From Octopus sinensis (lineage: Eukaryota), in the NCBI RefSeq assembly GCF_006345805.1, contig NC_042997.1, positions 102,486,001 through 102,550,000 of the forward strand: a DNA stretch of 64,000 nt, written 5' to 3'. The stretch's first letter is position 1. Each line of letters begins with the position of its first letter. Shown one piece after another: positions 11,408-23,228 of the stretch. The position numbers and the translations under genes are program-made. The notes beneath the pieces are model-generated. The model was not told where the DNA came from, searched no databases, and worked only from the letters and a program-made list of their open reading frames with translations.

Positions 11408-12276
11408 GCCAGCGTTTACTTCTTCTAACAATAGTTTGTCGGATTTAATGCGAGAAATGTGATACAAAACCAGAAAGGAAAATATTGTAGGTTTAACATT
11501 ATACTCGAGTATGATGGAAAGAAGATAAGAGTATAAAATATATCACTAGTTTTTAGGTACAAAAGTGTATGTATATATATACATATATATGTGGTGTATA
11601 GGGGGTGGGGTTTATATTATATTCGAGATCGTATTCTATTGGAGTAAATGTTGTTTTTTTAGGATTCCTAACTCAAACAATAATATGAAGAGGATTTTAA
11701 GAATATAATTCGAAATAAAAAAAAAAAACAAAAAAAAAACATAAAGCAAGATTACTTAAAAAATTTCTATCTAAATAAACTATTAACAGGGATCTGTGAA
11801 AAGGATGAGCTCTTTTGGACCTTTTGCTTCTAAATTAACATAAACTCTCTAAATATGTATTTTGACTCCTCAGTTGAATTATGGTTTTCCCAATTTCAGA
11901 TTGGGCATATTCGATATAGCTAATACAATTATTGATGTAATATATAATTTATATACTTCAAATTACTTCGATACTTCTCTCAAGATTAAGTATTCTATTT
12001 CTTCGCACTGAGACTACACCAGAAGAGACTTTTTATTTTATACTCTGGACTGTAGTTTATATGAAACACTAGTTTATATAGAGCAAAGAAAAATGAATGA
12101 TCTGCTTTAATTTCAAGTGATTACACCAAGGATAAGTTCTCTTAACCATTTAAGACTACACAAGAACTGTTATATTAAACTTCGTTGATTTTTAGTTTTT
12201 GAAGTGTCTTAATTTTTCGACGCACTTTTGTGACATTGTCACTAATATAATTACGCTGTATCTTGAGGTCAGACAC

Positions 12277-12300
12277 ATGCCGAACGAAACACTTATGTTT
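12277..12300 (+). CDS. CEP89: Tentative first coding exon of CEP89 (MPNETLMF)
   Basis: ATG...TTT|GTGAGC is a phase-0 donor. It would join F to SHVSTAVIP, paralleling the vertebrate F-KHIIHGLLP N-terminus. Speculative. Confidence 0.25.
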
Positions 12301-13889
12301 GTGAGCATATTATCTTTTGCAGATTCCAAATTATTAAAGTATCACTTGTATACATGTGTGTGTGTGTGTGTGTGATAACACATAGCACCGAGGGGAATAA
12401 CTTGTGTGCAACCTAGGGCAACAATTTTTATTCATAGTTACTGCTCTGTTACCTTTGTTGTGGCTTGCAAAGTTCATATCTTCCCCGTACAGAATTTTTA
12501 TCAGGTTTACTACTCTCCTAGTTGGTATGGAGTCCTCCTCTCCACTGTGCAGTTAGTAGTTTAGGCTTAGTAGTCACTTCCCTGTGTAATATTTCCAGGA
12601 CTTCTCAGAATGTGATAGTAGGTGGGAGGGGCAGCTTAAGGTAAGTTGGAGGTCTTGTTTGAAGTCAAGGTGGGGAAAAAGGAAGCAGGTAATTGTAATT
12701 AGAGTAATCACAGCTGGTTATGCTTGTCATGGTAGGAGATGGGTACTCCACTCTGCTACTGAGTAAACATGTTTGCCAAACTGTTCTGCTTTCATACCTC
12801 AGAGAGTGGAAGAGAGGAAAGGCGAGACAAGTTTTTGTTAGCAATAACATATAAATACAACTAATCGTCATCATCATTGCTTTCAAGCTGGCATGGGTAC
12901 AGTTAGACATGATCCACCTAGCCTGAGGGCTGTGTTAGCCTCCATTATCTGTTTCTGCAACTGCAAGCTCTTCTTAATACCAATCAGATTACGGGGTGTG
13001 CTGGACACGTTTTCAAGGCACCAGCACTAGTAGGGTCACCAAGTAACATGCAAGAGAAGACTCCTTCACAAAGTGGGGATACAATATTGAGAGAGGTGGC
13101 ATTGTTCCAGTTGTAGAGGCCAAAGCAGGAAAGAGGGACAGGAACAGCTGTTTTGCTGTAGAGGAGATACATGGGTACCCCAGCAGGAAAGATAAAAAGG
13201 AAATGAGGTTGCAGGCCAGAAGGTGTGTAGAGAGACAATAGGAAGGTGGAAGGGGGCAGAAAATTGAGGATGGTTGGGCAGGTAGGAAGGAGAGATGAGA
13301 GGAACAACAGCAACAGTAATTCCCTTATTCCATTCTCGTGTTAGAGAGATAATGGGAAACCATGACATCTTCCAAATCATCAATGATTATATTCTTGTAC
13401 CAAATACAACAGTAAGTCTCTGCATGGAAGGAGAAACAGGAGAGAGGACACAGCTTAAATAAATATGATGATCATAATACTAACAACAATATCAGTCATA
13501 ATTAACAAGTATCATATTTATTATGTATTTATTACAACTTGTTATTTGTAATAAACTTATCCTGTTTCTCATAACTTGTTCTCTCTCTCTTCCTTGCTTT
13601 TCTCATTCTCTACCCCCACTCTCTCTAAACTTATTGCTATATTTGTTCAAAAAGGAGCAGAATACATAAGGATCATGGGAAAAGAGAAAGGCTTTCCAAA
13701 TGGAAAAAAAATCAGACAGAGGAGGGAAAAAGAGAGGGAAAGAGTAAAAGGAGAAAACAAGAAAGGGGATGGGGAGAGGGAGAGTGAGAGAAAAGAAATA
13801 AGAAAACAGCAGATGAGGAGATGGTCACAAAACTATAAGTAGCAATATTAGTCCAAGAAATCTACATTGCATTATAGTTTAAATAGCGA

Positions 13890-14222
13890 AACATCGACTG
13901 GCACTCCATCTGCTATGATGATAAGGGTTCTAGTTGATCCAATCAATGGAACAGCCTGCTCACAAAATTAACATGCATGTGGATGAGCACTCCACAGACA
14001 TGTGTACCCTTAATGTAGTTCTCAGGGAAATTCAGTAGGACACAGAATGTGACAAGGCCAGCCTTTTGAATTACAGGTACAACTCATTTTTGCCAGCTGA
14101 GTGGACTGGAACAATGTGAAATAAAGTGTCTTTCTTAAGGATACAATGTGCCACCAGGAATCGAACTCATGACCTTATGATCATGAGCCATTTACCCTAA
14201 CCACTAAGCCGTGCACCTTCAC
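13890..14222 (-). mobile_element. tRNA-derived SINE family C with Meta/MESC-like core
   Basis: Minus strand shows the head GGCTTAGTGGTTAGGGT...GAGTTCGATTCC and the core AAGACACTTTATTTCACATTGTTCCAGTCCACTCAGCTGGCAAAAATGAGT. Other copies at about 27420, 29840, 40170 and 40660. Confidence 0.7.
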
Positions 14223-14502
14223 TAGAGAAACACTGAGCACAGAGAATAAGTCAAATGAATAGGACATGGAAAAAATATAAATAAAGATACATATTTTTTC
14301 ATCAACTGTTGAAGATAGTGGTCCTGTTGCTAATGCATTGAAACCACAAAACTTCAGTAAAAAGCTAATGAAGAAGTATTTAACTCTGTGATTTTCTATG
14401 TCATATCTGACGTATTCTTTGTGCTTAATTTTTCTCGTTTTTTATTATAATACAATACAGATTTCTTCAACCAACATTTGTTATACATGCACACACACAC
14501 TA

Positions 14503-14533
<31 letters not shown>

Positions 14534-14924
14534 TGTATAAAGTAATTATATGTAAATTCTGACAAAACCAAAAACTTATACAAGGTACATAAGAATACAT
14601 GTCATAGATTACTCTCAGATTCAATCTGTCACCATTGTGAAAATATCATATTACTCTGCTTTGAAAAAAAGTAATACCAGACTAGATCAGAGACAGATAG
14701 TCTTCAGATAATAAAACTTATTTTGCCTTATCATAAGATTATAAGTGTAACTTTTCTCAGCATTACTAATTTTATAGATTGAGCTACCCTCTAAATCTAA
14801 ATCTAATGAACAAAAATACATTAGATTTTATACTACTAAATATTAAAGATGCCAAGGATTCTACTATGAAGTAGCATTAAAGCTGTCATATAACTTGGTT
14901 TATATCTATAATTGAAAAAAACAA

Positions 14925-15506
14925 GTGTTTAGCATTTGAACCAAGCCATATTCAGCCCAAATATTCTACCCTCCCACACCTACCCTACATTGTCATTCTA
15001 AGAGTAAGCAATCAATTCTTCAAAATCTTAAAGCTACATGATAATACTTTACTCTTTTACTTGTTTCAGTCATTTGACTGCGGCCATGCTGGAGCACCGC
15101 CTTTAGTCGAGCAAATCGACGCCGGGACTTATTCTTTGTAAGCCCAGTACTTATCCTATTGGTCTCTTTTGCCGAACCGCTAAGTGACGGGGACGTAAAC
15201 ACACCAGCATCGGTTGTCAAGCAATCCTAGGGGGACAAACACAGACGCACAAACACACATACATATATATATATACATATATACGACGGGCTTCTTTCAG
15301 TTTCCGTCTACCAAATCCACTCACAAGGCATTGGTCGGCCCGGGGCTATAGCAGAAGACACTTGCCCAAGATGCCACGCACTGAGACTGAACCCGGAACC
15401 ATGTGGTTGGTTAGCAAGCTACTTACCACACAGCCACTCTAATTTTTTAAAATGTGGATAACTACACATCACATTTGACAGAGAAATCTGAATGCTAAAC
15501 GGTTAA
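14925..15506 (+). mobile_element. piggyBac-like MITE interrupted by a family-B SINE
   Basis: Matches the other MITE copies on both sides of 15047-15439 and ends GCTAAACGG-TTAA. Confidence 0.6.
15047..15439 (-). mobile_element. tRNA-derived SINE family B with central (TA/CA) microsatellite
   Basis: Reverse-complement match to the copy at 25291-25740, with low divergence. Confidence 0.8.
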
Positions 15507-16199
15507 GTTTAATAGTGTGACTATTTTGCTTCAAACAGATATTTCTGCTAGCATGACACGTATCTAAATCACAACTATACGATTAGCCTGTAAATGTTTA
15601 TTATTTTCTATAACTCAGCAATGATTCTGTTGATGTTTGTAATAGATAAAAAGATTCAACAGAAGTCAGTGACCTAGTTGGCTTGTATGTTTTAAATAAA
15701 ACAAAGAATTTTTTTCATTTAATGACAGATTGCTGTTATAAAGAAACATCAACCCTCAATCTGTAGATAGATTTCAAAAAGTAAACCCTTTTCAAATAAT
15801 TATGCTTTAATATTGCAGTACAACAATAAGTATAGAGAAACTTTCTTAATTGACCTTAGATTTTTCTGATAGCACTTTTAGTTCAAACAAAAAGCCTATA
15901 ATATATATGATGGGAACAATTGGTAACAAATTAGAGGCAAAAGTCAGCTTCACTTTTCTTCTGTTGTTAATAGTCATAATAATAATCCTTTCTCCTGTAG
16001 GCATAGGCCTAAACTTTTTGGAAAAGGGATAGTTGATTACATCAACACTAGTTCTAAACTTGTATGAACTTTATTGACCCCAAAGGGAAGAAAGGGTAAG
16101 TGGTCCTCAGCAGAATCTGAACGCACAATGCAAAACTGGAAGAAATGTCATTAAGCTTTTTGTCTGTTGTGGTAACGATTTTGCCAGCTTGCCACTCTA

Positions 16200-18445
16200 A
16201 ATATAACAACATCATCGTCGTCATTGTTTAAACATCTGCATTCCATGCTGGCATGGGTTGGATGGTTTGACTGAGGAGGTTGCATCAGGCTCCAATCTGA
16301 ACTGGTAAGGTTTCTACAGCTTGATGCCCTTCCTAATGCCAACCACTTCAAGAGTGTAGTGGGTGCTTTTTATATGCCACCAGCATGGGGGCCAGTGAGG
16401 CAGCACTGGCATCAATAAGGCTCGAATGGTGCTTTTTACATGTCACCGGCACAGTGCCAGTCAGGTGACACTGACATCGGCCACAACTACAATTTCACTT
16501 CACTCAACAGGTCTTCTCAAGCACAGCATATTGCCCGACAATTGAAGGGTACTTTTAAATGGGCCGGATATGTGACACTGGCATTGACCATGACTATGAT
16601 CTCACTTGGATTGCTGGATCTTTTCAAGCACAACATATCTCCAAAGGTCTTGGTCGCTTATCATTGCCTCTGTGAGACCCAATATTTGAAGGTCGCGCTT
16701 CACCACCTCATCCCATATCTTCCTGGGTCTACCTCTTCCACAGGTTCCCTCCACTGTTAGGGTGTAACACTTCTTAACACAGCTGTCCTCATCCATATGC
16801 AACACATGACCATACCAGCGTAGTAATTTCTCTTGCACACCACTACTGATGCTTCTTATGTCTAACTTTTCTCTCAGGGTGTTTACACTCTGTCATGTAT
16901 GCACACTGACATTACACATCCAGCAGATCATACTAGCTTCACTTCTTTCAAGCCTATGCATGTCCTCAGCAGTCACGGTCCATGTTTCAATGCCGTGTAG
17001 CATGGCTGTTTGCATACATGCATCATACAGTGTCATTTTCACTCTGAGCGAGAGACCCTTTGTTGCCAGCAGACGTAGGAACACTCTGAACTTTGCCCAA
17101 GTTATTCTTATTCTAGCAGCTATGCTCTTAGAGCATCCACCCCATCTACTAACTTGGTCACCTAGGTAATGGAAGCTATCAACTACTTCTAGTTTTTCTC
17201 CCTGGAATGTGATGGAATCTGTTTTCTGTACATCTACAGTGTTTATTTCCCCTGTGCATCCACCACATACAAAAACTATCTTCCTAGTTAACCTTTCTTC
17301 GAGATTGCCGCATCTTTTATGTGTTCATAGCTTACACATCTTATAGGTACATCTTATGGAGTTTCTACCTACACCTTTTCTACAGATCGATTAGGGCCAT
17401 CTACCTGAAGGGATTTGTGATTTGTTTGCCTACTTACTTACTAAGACTTTGGTTTTTGCTAGATTGACTCTAAGGCCCTTCAATTCTAGACCTTGCCTCC
17501 ACACCTGAAACTTCTTTTCTAGTTCTGGTAGTGACTCAGCTATTAGAGCAAGATCATTAGCATAGAGAAGCTCCCAGGGGTATCCTGTCTTGAATTCTTC
17601 TGTTATTGCTTGGAGGACTATGATGAATATGAGGAAACTAAGGACAGATCCTTGGTGAACCTCTACTTCTACTTGGAATTCTTCACTATACTCATTGCTA
17701 ACTCTCACCTTACTTACAGCATTCCTGTACATGGTTTGTACAACTCTCACTAAACACTCATCTATGCTTAGTTTTCACATTGACCACCAGATAAGGGATC
17801 GGAGGACCCTGTCAAAGGCTTTCTCCAAGTCAACAAAAGCCAAGTACAGAGGTTTATCTTTGGCTAGGAATTTCTCCTGCAGCTGTCTTACCAGAAATAC
17901 AGTATCAGTGGTGCTTCTCCCTGGCACAAACCCAAACTGCGTCTCATCTAAACTGACTCTCTTCCTAATTAGTTGGGCTATGAACCTCTCCGTGACTTTC
18001 ATTACCTGATCCAACAATTTGTAATTATTCCTGTCTAATGCATCACCTTTACTTTTGTAGCAGTTGACTATGGTGCTGCTACACTAGTCATTGGATATGA
18101 CTCCATGTATCACCTGGTTGCCTATATGGGCGACTAGACTATAGCCTACACCACCAGATATTTTAAACATCTCAGCAGTGATTCCTGATGGGCCAGGGGC
18201 TTTCCCTATCTTCATACCTTTAATTGCTTTGTCTACCAAGGTACTGTCAATTTGAATAACTGGACCCTCTGTTGTGTTGGCATTTGGTAAAGTCTCTTTC
18301 TCCCATTCATTCTCTTCATTTAGCAACCTTTCATAGTGGCCTCTCCAAGTCTCTCTCTTTGCAGAATCATTAAATGCAAGTGAGTCATCATTTATGCAGA
18401 CACATTTCTCTCCTATGACATCATGATTCTCTCACACACACTGTC
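16200..18445 (-). mobile_element. RTE-clade LINE, 5'-truncated, RT pseudogene plus 3' UTR and (GAT)n tail
   Basis: ORF fragments give KAPGPSGITAEM, QFGFVPGRSTTD, AFVDLEKAFDRV, HQGSVLS, LLYANDL (YADD variant) and LRWYGHV...GRGRPRKIW. Confidence 0.9.
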
Positions 18446-18546
18446 TTGCAATATGAAACACACATGCACGCACTCATACACACACACACACACACACACA
18501 CACATAATATTAGGCAGACAAATGTAAAATTTGAAAGTACATTTAA

Positions 18547-19030
18547 CCCTTTAGCATTTAAACTGGCCATATCTGTCCCAAATGTTCTACATGCTTTATG
18601 TTCAGACTGGCCAGATCCAACCTCTCACACTTACCTTTCAATGTCATTTTCTAAAAATAAACAATTGCATCATCAAAATCACAAAGCTACAAGATAATGC
18701 ATAATTAATTCAAAACAATATGAATAAATATTTCGTTTTTGGATTTGGTTTGCCAGATTCTTTATATGAGTTCGTGTGTTGAAGCATATTTTGTTGTGTG
18801 AGAGTCATTTTCTTTTTGTGCCTTATAATGTAACACACTCACCGGTAAAATTTCCACTTATTTTTATTTTCCTAAAATTTTCGTTGCGTCTTGCAAAGAA
18901 ATAAATGGAAATTTTACCAGTGAGTGTGTTACATTATAAGGCACAAAAAGAAAATGACTCTCCCCAGACACAACAGAATATGAATAAATAAGCATTAAAT
19001 TTGATAGGATAATCTGAATGCTCAAAGCTT
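18547..19030 (+). mobile_element. piggyBac-like MITE split by a fold-back insertion (18731-18976)
   Basis: Starts TTAA-CCCTTTAGCATT. The insert is flanked by AATATGAATAAATA at 18717-18730 and 18977-18990. Confidence 0.65.
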
Positions 19031-19096
19031 AAAAAATTAATAATAATAAAAAAGATATGCTAATTGTGATATATTCTTTCTAATCTTTTTTGCAAG

Positions 19097-19314
19097 TCTC
19101 ATGTATCAACTGCTGTTATTCCAAAAGTGGCCCTTGTTGCTGTACCAAATGCTTTGAGTCCCACATGTGCTCAGGATGATAAAGGAGCCCCTCTCATGGG
19201 TGCACTGATGAATACTTCTAATATTGGAAGAATGTTTGGATCGCCAGTTCCATCCCATAACCTTGACAATGAGCACGACAGCATTATGGATTATACATTA
19301 ATGACAGATGCTGG
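19097..19314 (+). CDS. CEP89: CEP89 coding exon (SHVSTAVIPKVALVAVP...TDAG)
   Basis: Acceptor TTTTTTGCAAG, donor GG|GTAAGA. Open frame, phase 0 to 2. Loose similarity to the CEP89 N-terminus. Confidence 0.65.
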
Positions 19315-19449
19315 GTAAGAGGAATATTGATCTTGTTAAATGTTTCTTTACCTTTATAATTTCTATAGTTGTAGTGAAAAAAAAAAAAAATGACCCTGTT
19401 AATTTTCATTTAATTTGGGCTTGTGTTCTTTGTTCTTTCAATGCCTTAA

Positions 19450-19668
19450 CCCTTTAGTGTTCAGATTATTCAATCAAACATAATGCCTATTGATTCCCAT
19501 TGATTTGAATTAATCATGCATTATCTCATATCTTCAAGATCTTGATGGTGTAATTACCTAATGTAGAATAACATTGTAGGGTAGGTGTGAGAGCCTGGAT
19601 CTGGTCAGTTTGAACATAAAACAGATTAACTATTTTGGCCGGATATGGCCGGTTTAAATACTAAAGGG
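19450..19668 (-). mobile_element. 219-bp piggyBac-like MITE, TTAA on both sides
   Basis: TTAA at 19446-19449 and 19669-19672. CCCTTTAG/CTAAAGGG termini. Confidence 0.85.
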
Positions 19669-19694
19669 TTAATGTCTGAGATGATTTAGTTTAA

Positions 19695-19925
19695 CCCTTT
19701 AGAATACAGGTAGAATATTTGGGCCAGATATGGCCCAAATATTCTACCTGTATTTTATGTTCAAACCATCCAGCCCTGGCCTTTAATACCTACCCTACAA
19801 TGTCATTCTAAAAATAAAATAATCACATCATCGAAATCTTGAAACTATGAGACAATGCAAGGATAATTTAAAACAATGTGAAAAACTAAGAATTAATTTT
19901 GATAGGGTAATCTAAATGCTGATGG
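19695..19925 (+). mobile_element. piggyBac-like MITE copy with internal perfect palindrome
   Basis: TTAA-CCCTTTAG start. 24-bp-arm palindrome at 19703-19754. Confidence 0.7.
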
Positions 19926-20149
19926 ATTGAAAATAAAAGTTCCCACTTCAAACTCAGTCTGGTTTTTACTGTACATCCTGAAATAAAATGCATGTTGACA
20001 ACTGGAGATGAAACTTATCCAGCAGCTGTAGTTGTAAATGTTAGACACAGGTTAATAGTTTAAAAATTTAGTCTTCTTTGCTCTTGTTGTTTATACAATT
20101 CACAAACAGCAATAAAAGGATTAAATTTGATATTCATCAACTGCCTCTC

Positions 20150-23018
20150 AAAAAAATCTAAGCTGAAATTTGCTTGTTTAGTTCTTCAGCATTTAATGCT
20201 CGCAGTTTATGCAACAAAATACATTTGTTCAACGCCTACGTCAGAAGTGTTGACCCTGACTTCATCACTGTCACGGAAACATGGGCGCATTCCTTACTCT
20301 GTGATGGGGTTTTCAACATCAATGGGTACAACCTCTTCCGTAAGGACCGCACTAACCGCCGTGGTGGTGGTGTGATGGTCTACGTTCGTTCAAATTTTTT
20401 GGTAATTCCTTGTGCCGATTTGAACGAATCACAAGAAGAAGTTTTTTTCTGTGACATACGTATGACCATGTCAACACTCCTGCTTGGCGTTGTTTATCGT
20501 CCCCCAAATTACCATCAGGACACACAGCTTTGCAACATCCTCCGAGCTGCAGCCAGGAAAACAGCCACTTATGTGTTTATTGCAGGCGATTTCAATCATC
20601 CTGAGATCGATTGGGAAACCTTCCGTTGGCCACAGAGTGCAAACGATTTTGTTGAGCTTGTGCTGGACTCAAACTGGTCACAAGTAGTCACCTCTCCAAC
20701 AAGAGGCGACAACACCTTGGACCTGCTCTTCACCACAACTCCTGAAGCGGTTATCAATTGCACTACGGAGGAACCTCTAGGTGACTCTGATCATGCTATG
20801 ATCATCGCCAATCTGGCTCTTGCAGGCAACAAACACCTGAACCATCTCCAATCTGCTTCCTTCGATTGAAGAGAGCAGATTGGAACCTGTACCACACTGA
20901 ACTACAGCACCCAAACTGGCGTGAATTCTACAACTCTGGAGATGTGAATACTATACTCCAGAGTATCCTGGACTCAATATGGGCAGCATGTGCAGCATCA
21001 GTGCCACGTAAACAAAAAAGAAGAACCGCCCCAAAAGGGCAATTTGGGAAACTTCAGCGGTCTGACTTGCCAGGAAGGAACGTCGGACTGCTGAACAGTA
21101 ATACAAGTTGCATAAATCAGACACCAACAGGAAGAAGCGGAATAAATCCTCCAACCATCTCAAGCAAGTGACAAAAAATGCAGTCCTTGAATTTGAACAG
21201 TGCATAGCAGCCAATCCTGACAGCAAGGTTTTCTGGAAATATGTGCATTCAAAGCAGAGACCTCACTCTCCAGTGGGCCCTCTTCGCAACCCTCACACGA
21301 ACCAGATCACTGACGACCCCAAGGAATGCGCAGAACTCATTGCCGAGTGCTATGCAAACATATTCACTGTCGAAAGTCAAAATGTACCATCTTCACCATC
21401 ACTAACAGCAAACTCCATAACAACTATGGAATTTACACCTGCAATGCTGCGACGTCACCTTCAAAATAAGCGCAACTATGCCTCCCCTGGTCTCGATGGA
21501 GTTACATACTGCTTCTCAAACGTGGCAGGCACTTCCTTTTACACCAGCTTTCTATTTTCTTCCAGTACTGTCTCAACAATGGTGCTACTCCGGAGCAGTG
21601 GAAAACTGCCAGTGTCATTCCTCTGTTCAAAAAGGGTGACCGCACATCACCTGTCAACTATCGCCCAGTCAGTCTCACTAGCTGTATTGCAAAACTGATG
21701 GAATCGTGTGTCAGAGAAACACTCTGGAACTTCTGGAGCTCTCACAGTCTCATCCGACCCTCACAATATGGATTTGTCCCTAACTCCAGCTGCAGTGACC
21801 AGCTTGTCGAGTTCCTTGAGGACATTACTCAGATCACTGACAGTGGCTCATGGGTGGATGTTGTCTACCTTGGCTTTGCTAAGGCTTTCAACTCTGTGCC
21901 ACACAAAAGGCTTATGGTGAAACTCTCTGCAATGGGTGTGGGGGATGACCTTTTTAACTGGTTGAAATCCTTCATCCTCAGCCGAAAGGAGGTAGTCACA
22001 GTTCTAGGACAGCACTCTACACCATATGAGATGTCATCGGGTGTACCACAGGGATCTGTCCTTGGTCCCCTCCTGTTTGGGCATACATTAATGACATAGA
22101 TGCCAATTTAAAGAATGCCACAGTATTGAAATATGCAGACGACATCAAGCTGTACCTTGAAATCAAGAGGACTGATCCTGATGTCTACAACTCTTTCCTG
22201 CAATCAGACCTAGACACAATGCAGCAAGGATCACAGACTGGCAACTGAAACTGGCTGTGGACAAGTGTACCACCATGCATTTTGGGAGAAAAAACTCTGC
22301 GTCCACATACTCCCTCCACAACACTGATATCAAGAAATCCTCTTGCGAGCGTGACCTAGGCATCACTGTCAGCAGTGATTTGCGTTGGACAAAGCATATC
22401 TCTAAAATTGTCAAGAAGGCCGAGGGTGTCTTGGCATCACTCAGCAAGACTTTTGTTAGCCGCTCTCCAGCCATCTATTTAAAACTGTATACAGCTATGG
22501 TACGACCACACTTGGAATTCGCATCATCAGTTTGGAATCCCTATCTTGCTCAGAACATTGACCTCCTGGAATCTGTCCAGAGACGTGCAACCAAACGCAT
22601 ACCCTCCATCAGACACCTACCATATTCTGAGCGCCTTGTTTCCCTGGGCATGGATTCACTGAAGCTCCGGCGTCTGGCGACGGACTTGGTAAACACCCAC
22701 AAGGTTATCAACCACCTCACCAACAACAACACTGAACACCTTTTTGATCTCCATGTGTCTAACACACGTGGACATGCCTACAAAGTCAGAAAACAGCACA
22801 GCTCCCATGACTTTCGGAAACATTTTTTCACGCTCAGGACTGCTGAAGCGTGGAATAAACTGCCTGCATCAGTTGTTGACTGCCATGACACTGCATCCTT
22901 TAAGGCCCTCATGCTTCCTGAAATCCGTCGAAACTACACCTGATTATATATACACTTTAGATGAGTTGTAGTGCACCTGAGCACTGTACACAATTATTAT
23001 TATTATTATTATTATTAT
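20150..23018 (+). mobile_element. CR1-clade LINE: near-complete frameshifted ORF2 (APE endonuclease plus RT), 3' UTR and (TTA)n tail
   Basis: Motifs FNARSL, VTETW, GVVYRPP, AGDFNHP, SDH, SQYGF, SGVPQGSVLGPLLF, KYADD (~22131), ERDLG, VRPHLEF...WNPY and ESVQRRATK. Small 3' stem-loop GTGCACCTGAGCAC before (TTA)n. Confidence 0.92.
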
Positions 23019-23228
23019 TTAAACCGGCTATGTCTGGCCTAAATGTTCTACCTGTTTATCTTCAAACTGATCAGATCCAGTCTCTCACGCCAACCCTGCA
23101 ATGTCATTCTAAAAGTAAATATTCATAACTTCAAAATCTCAAAGCTAGAAGATAGTTCAGAATTAACTTTAAAGAATGTGGATAAATAAGCATTGCATCT
23201 GACAAAGTAATCCGAATGCTAAAGAGAT
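23019..23228 (+). mobile_element. piggyBac-like MITE, diverged, left TIR missing
   Basis: Similar to the 19450 and 44554 family. Confidence 0.55.
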
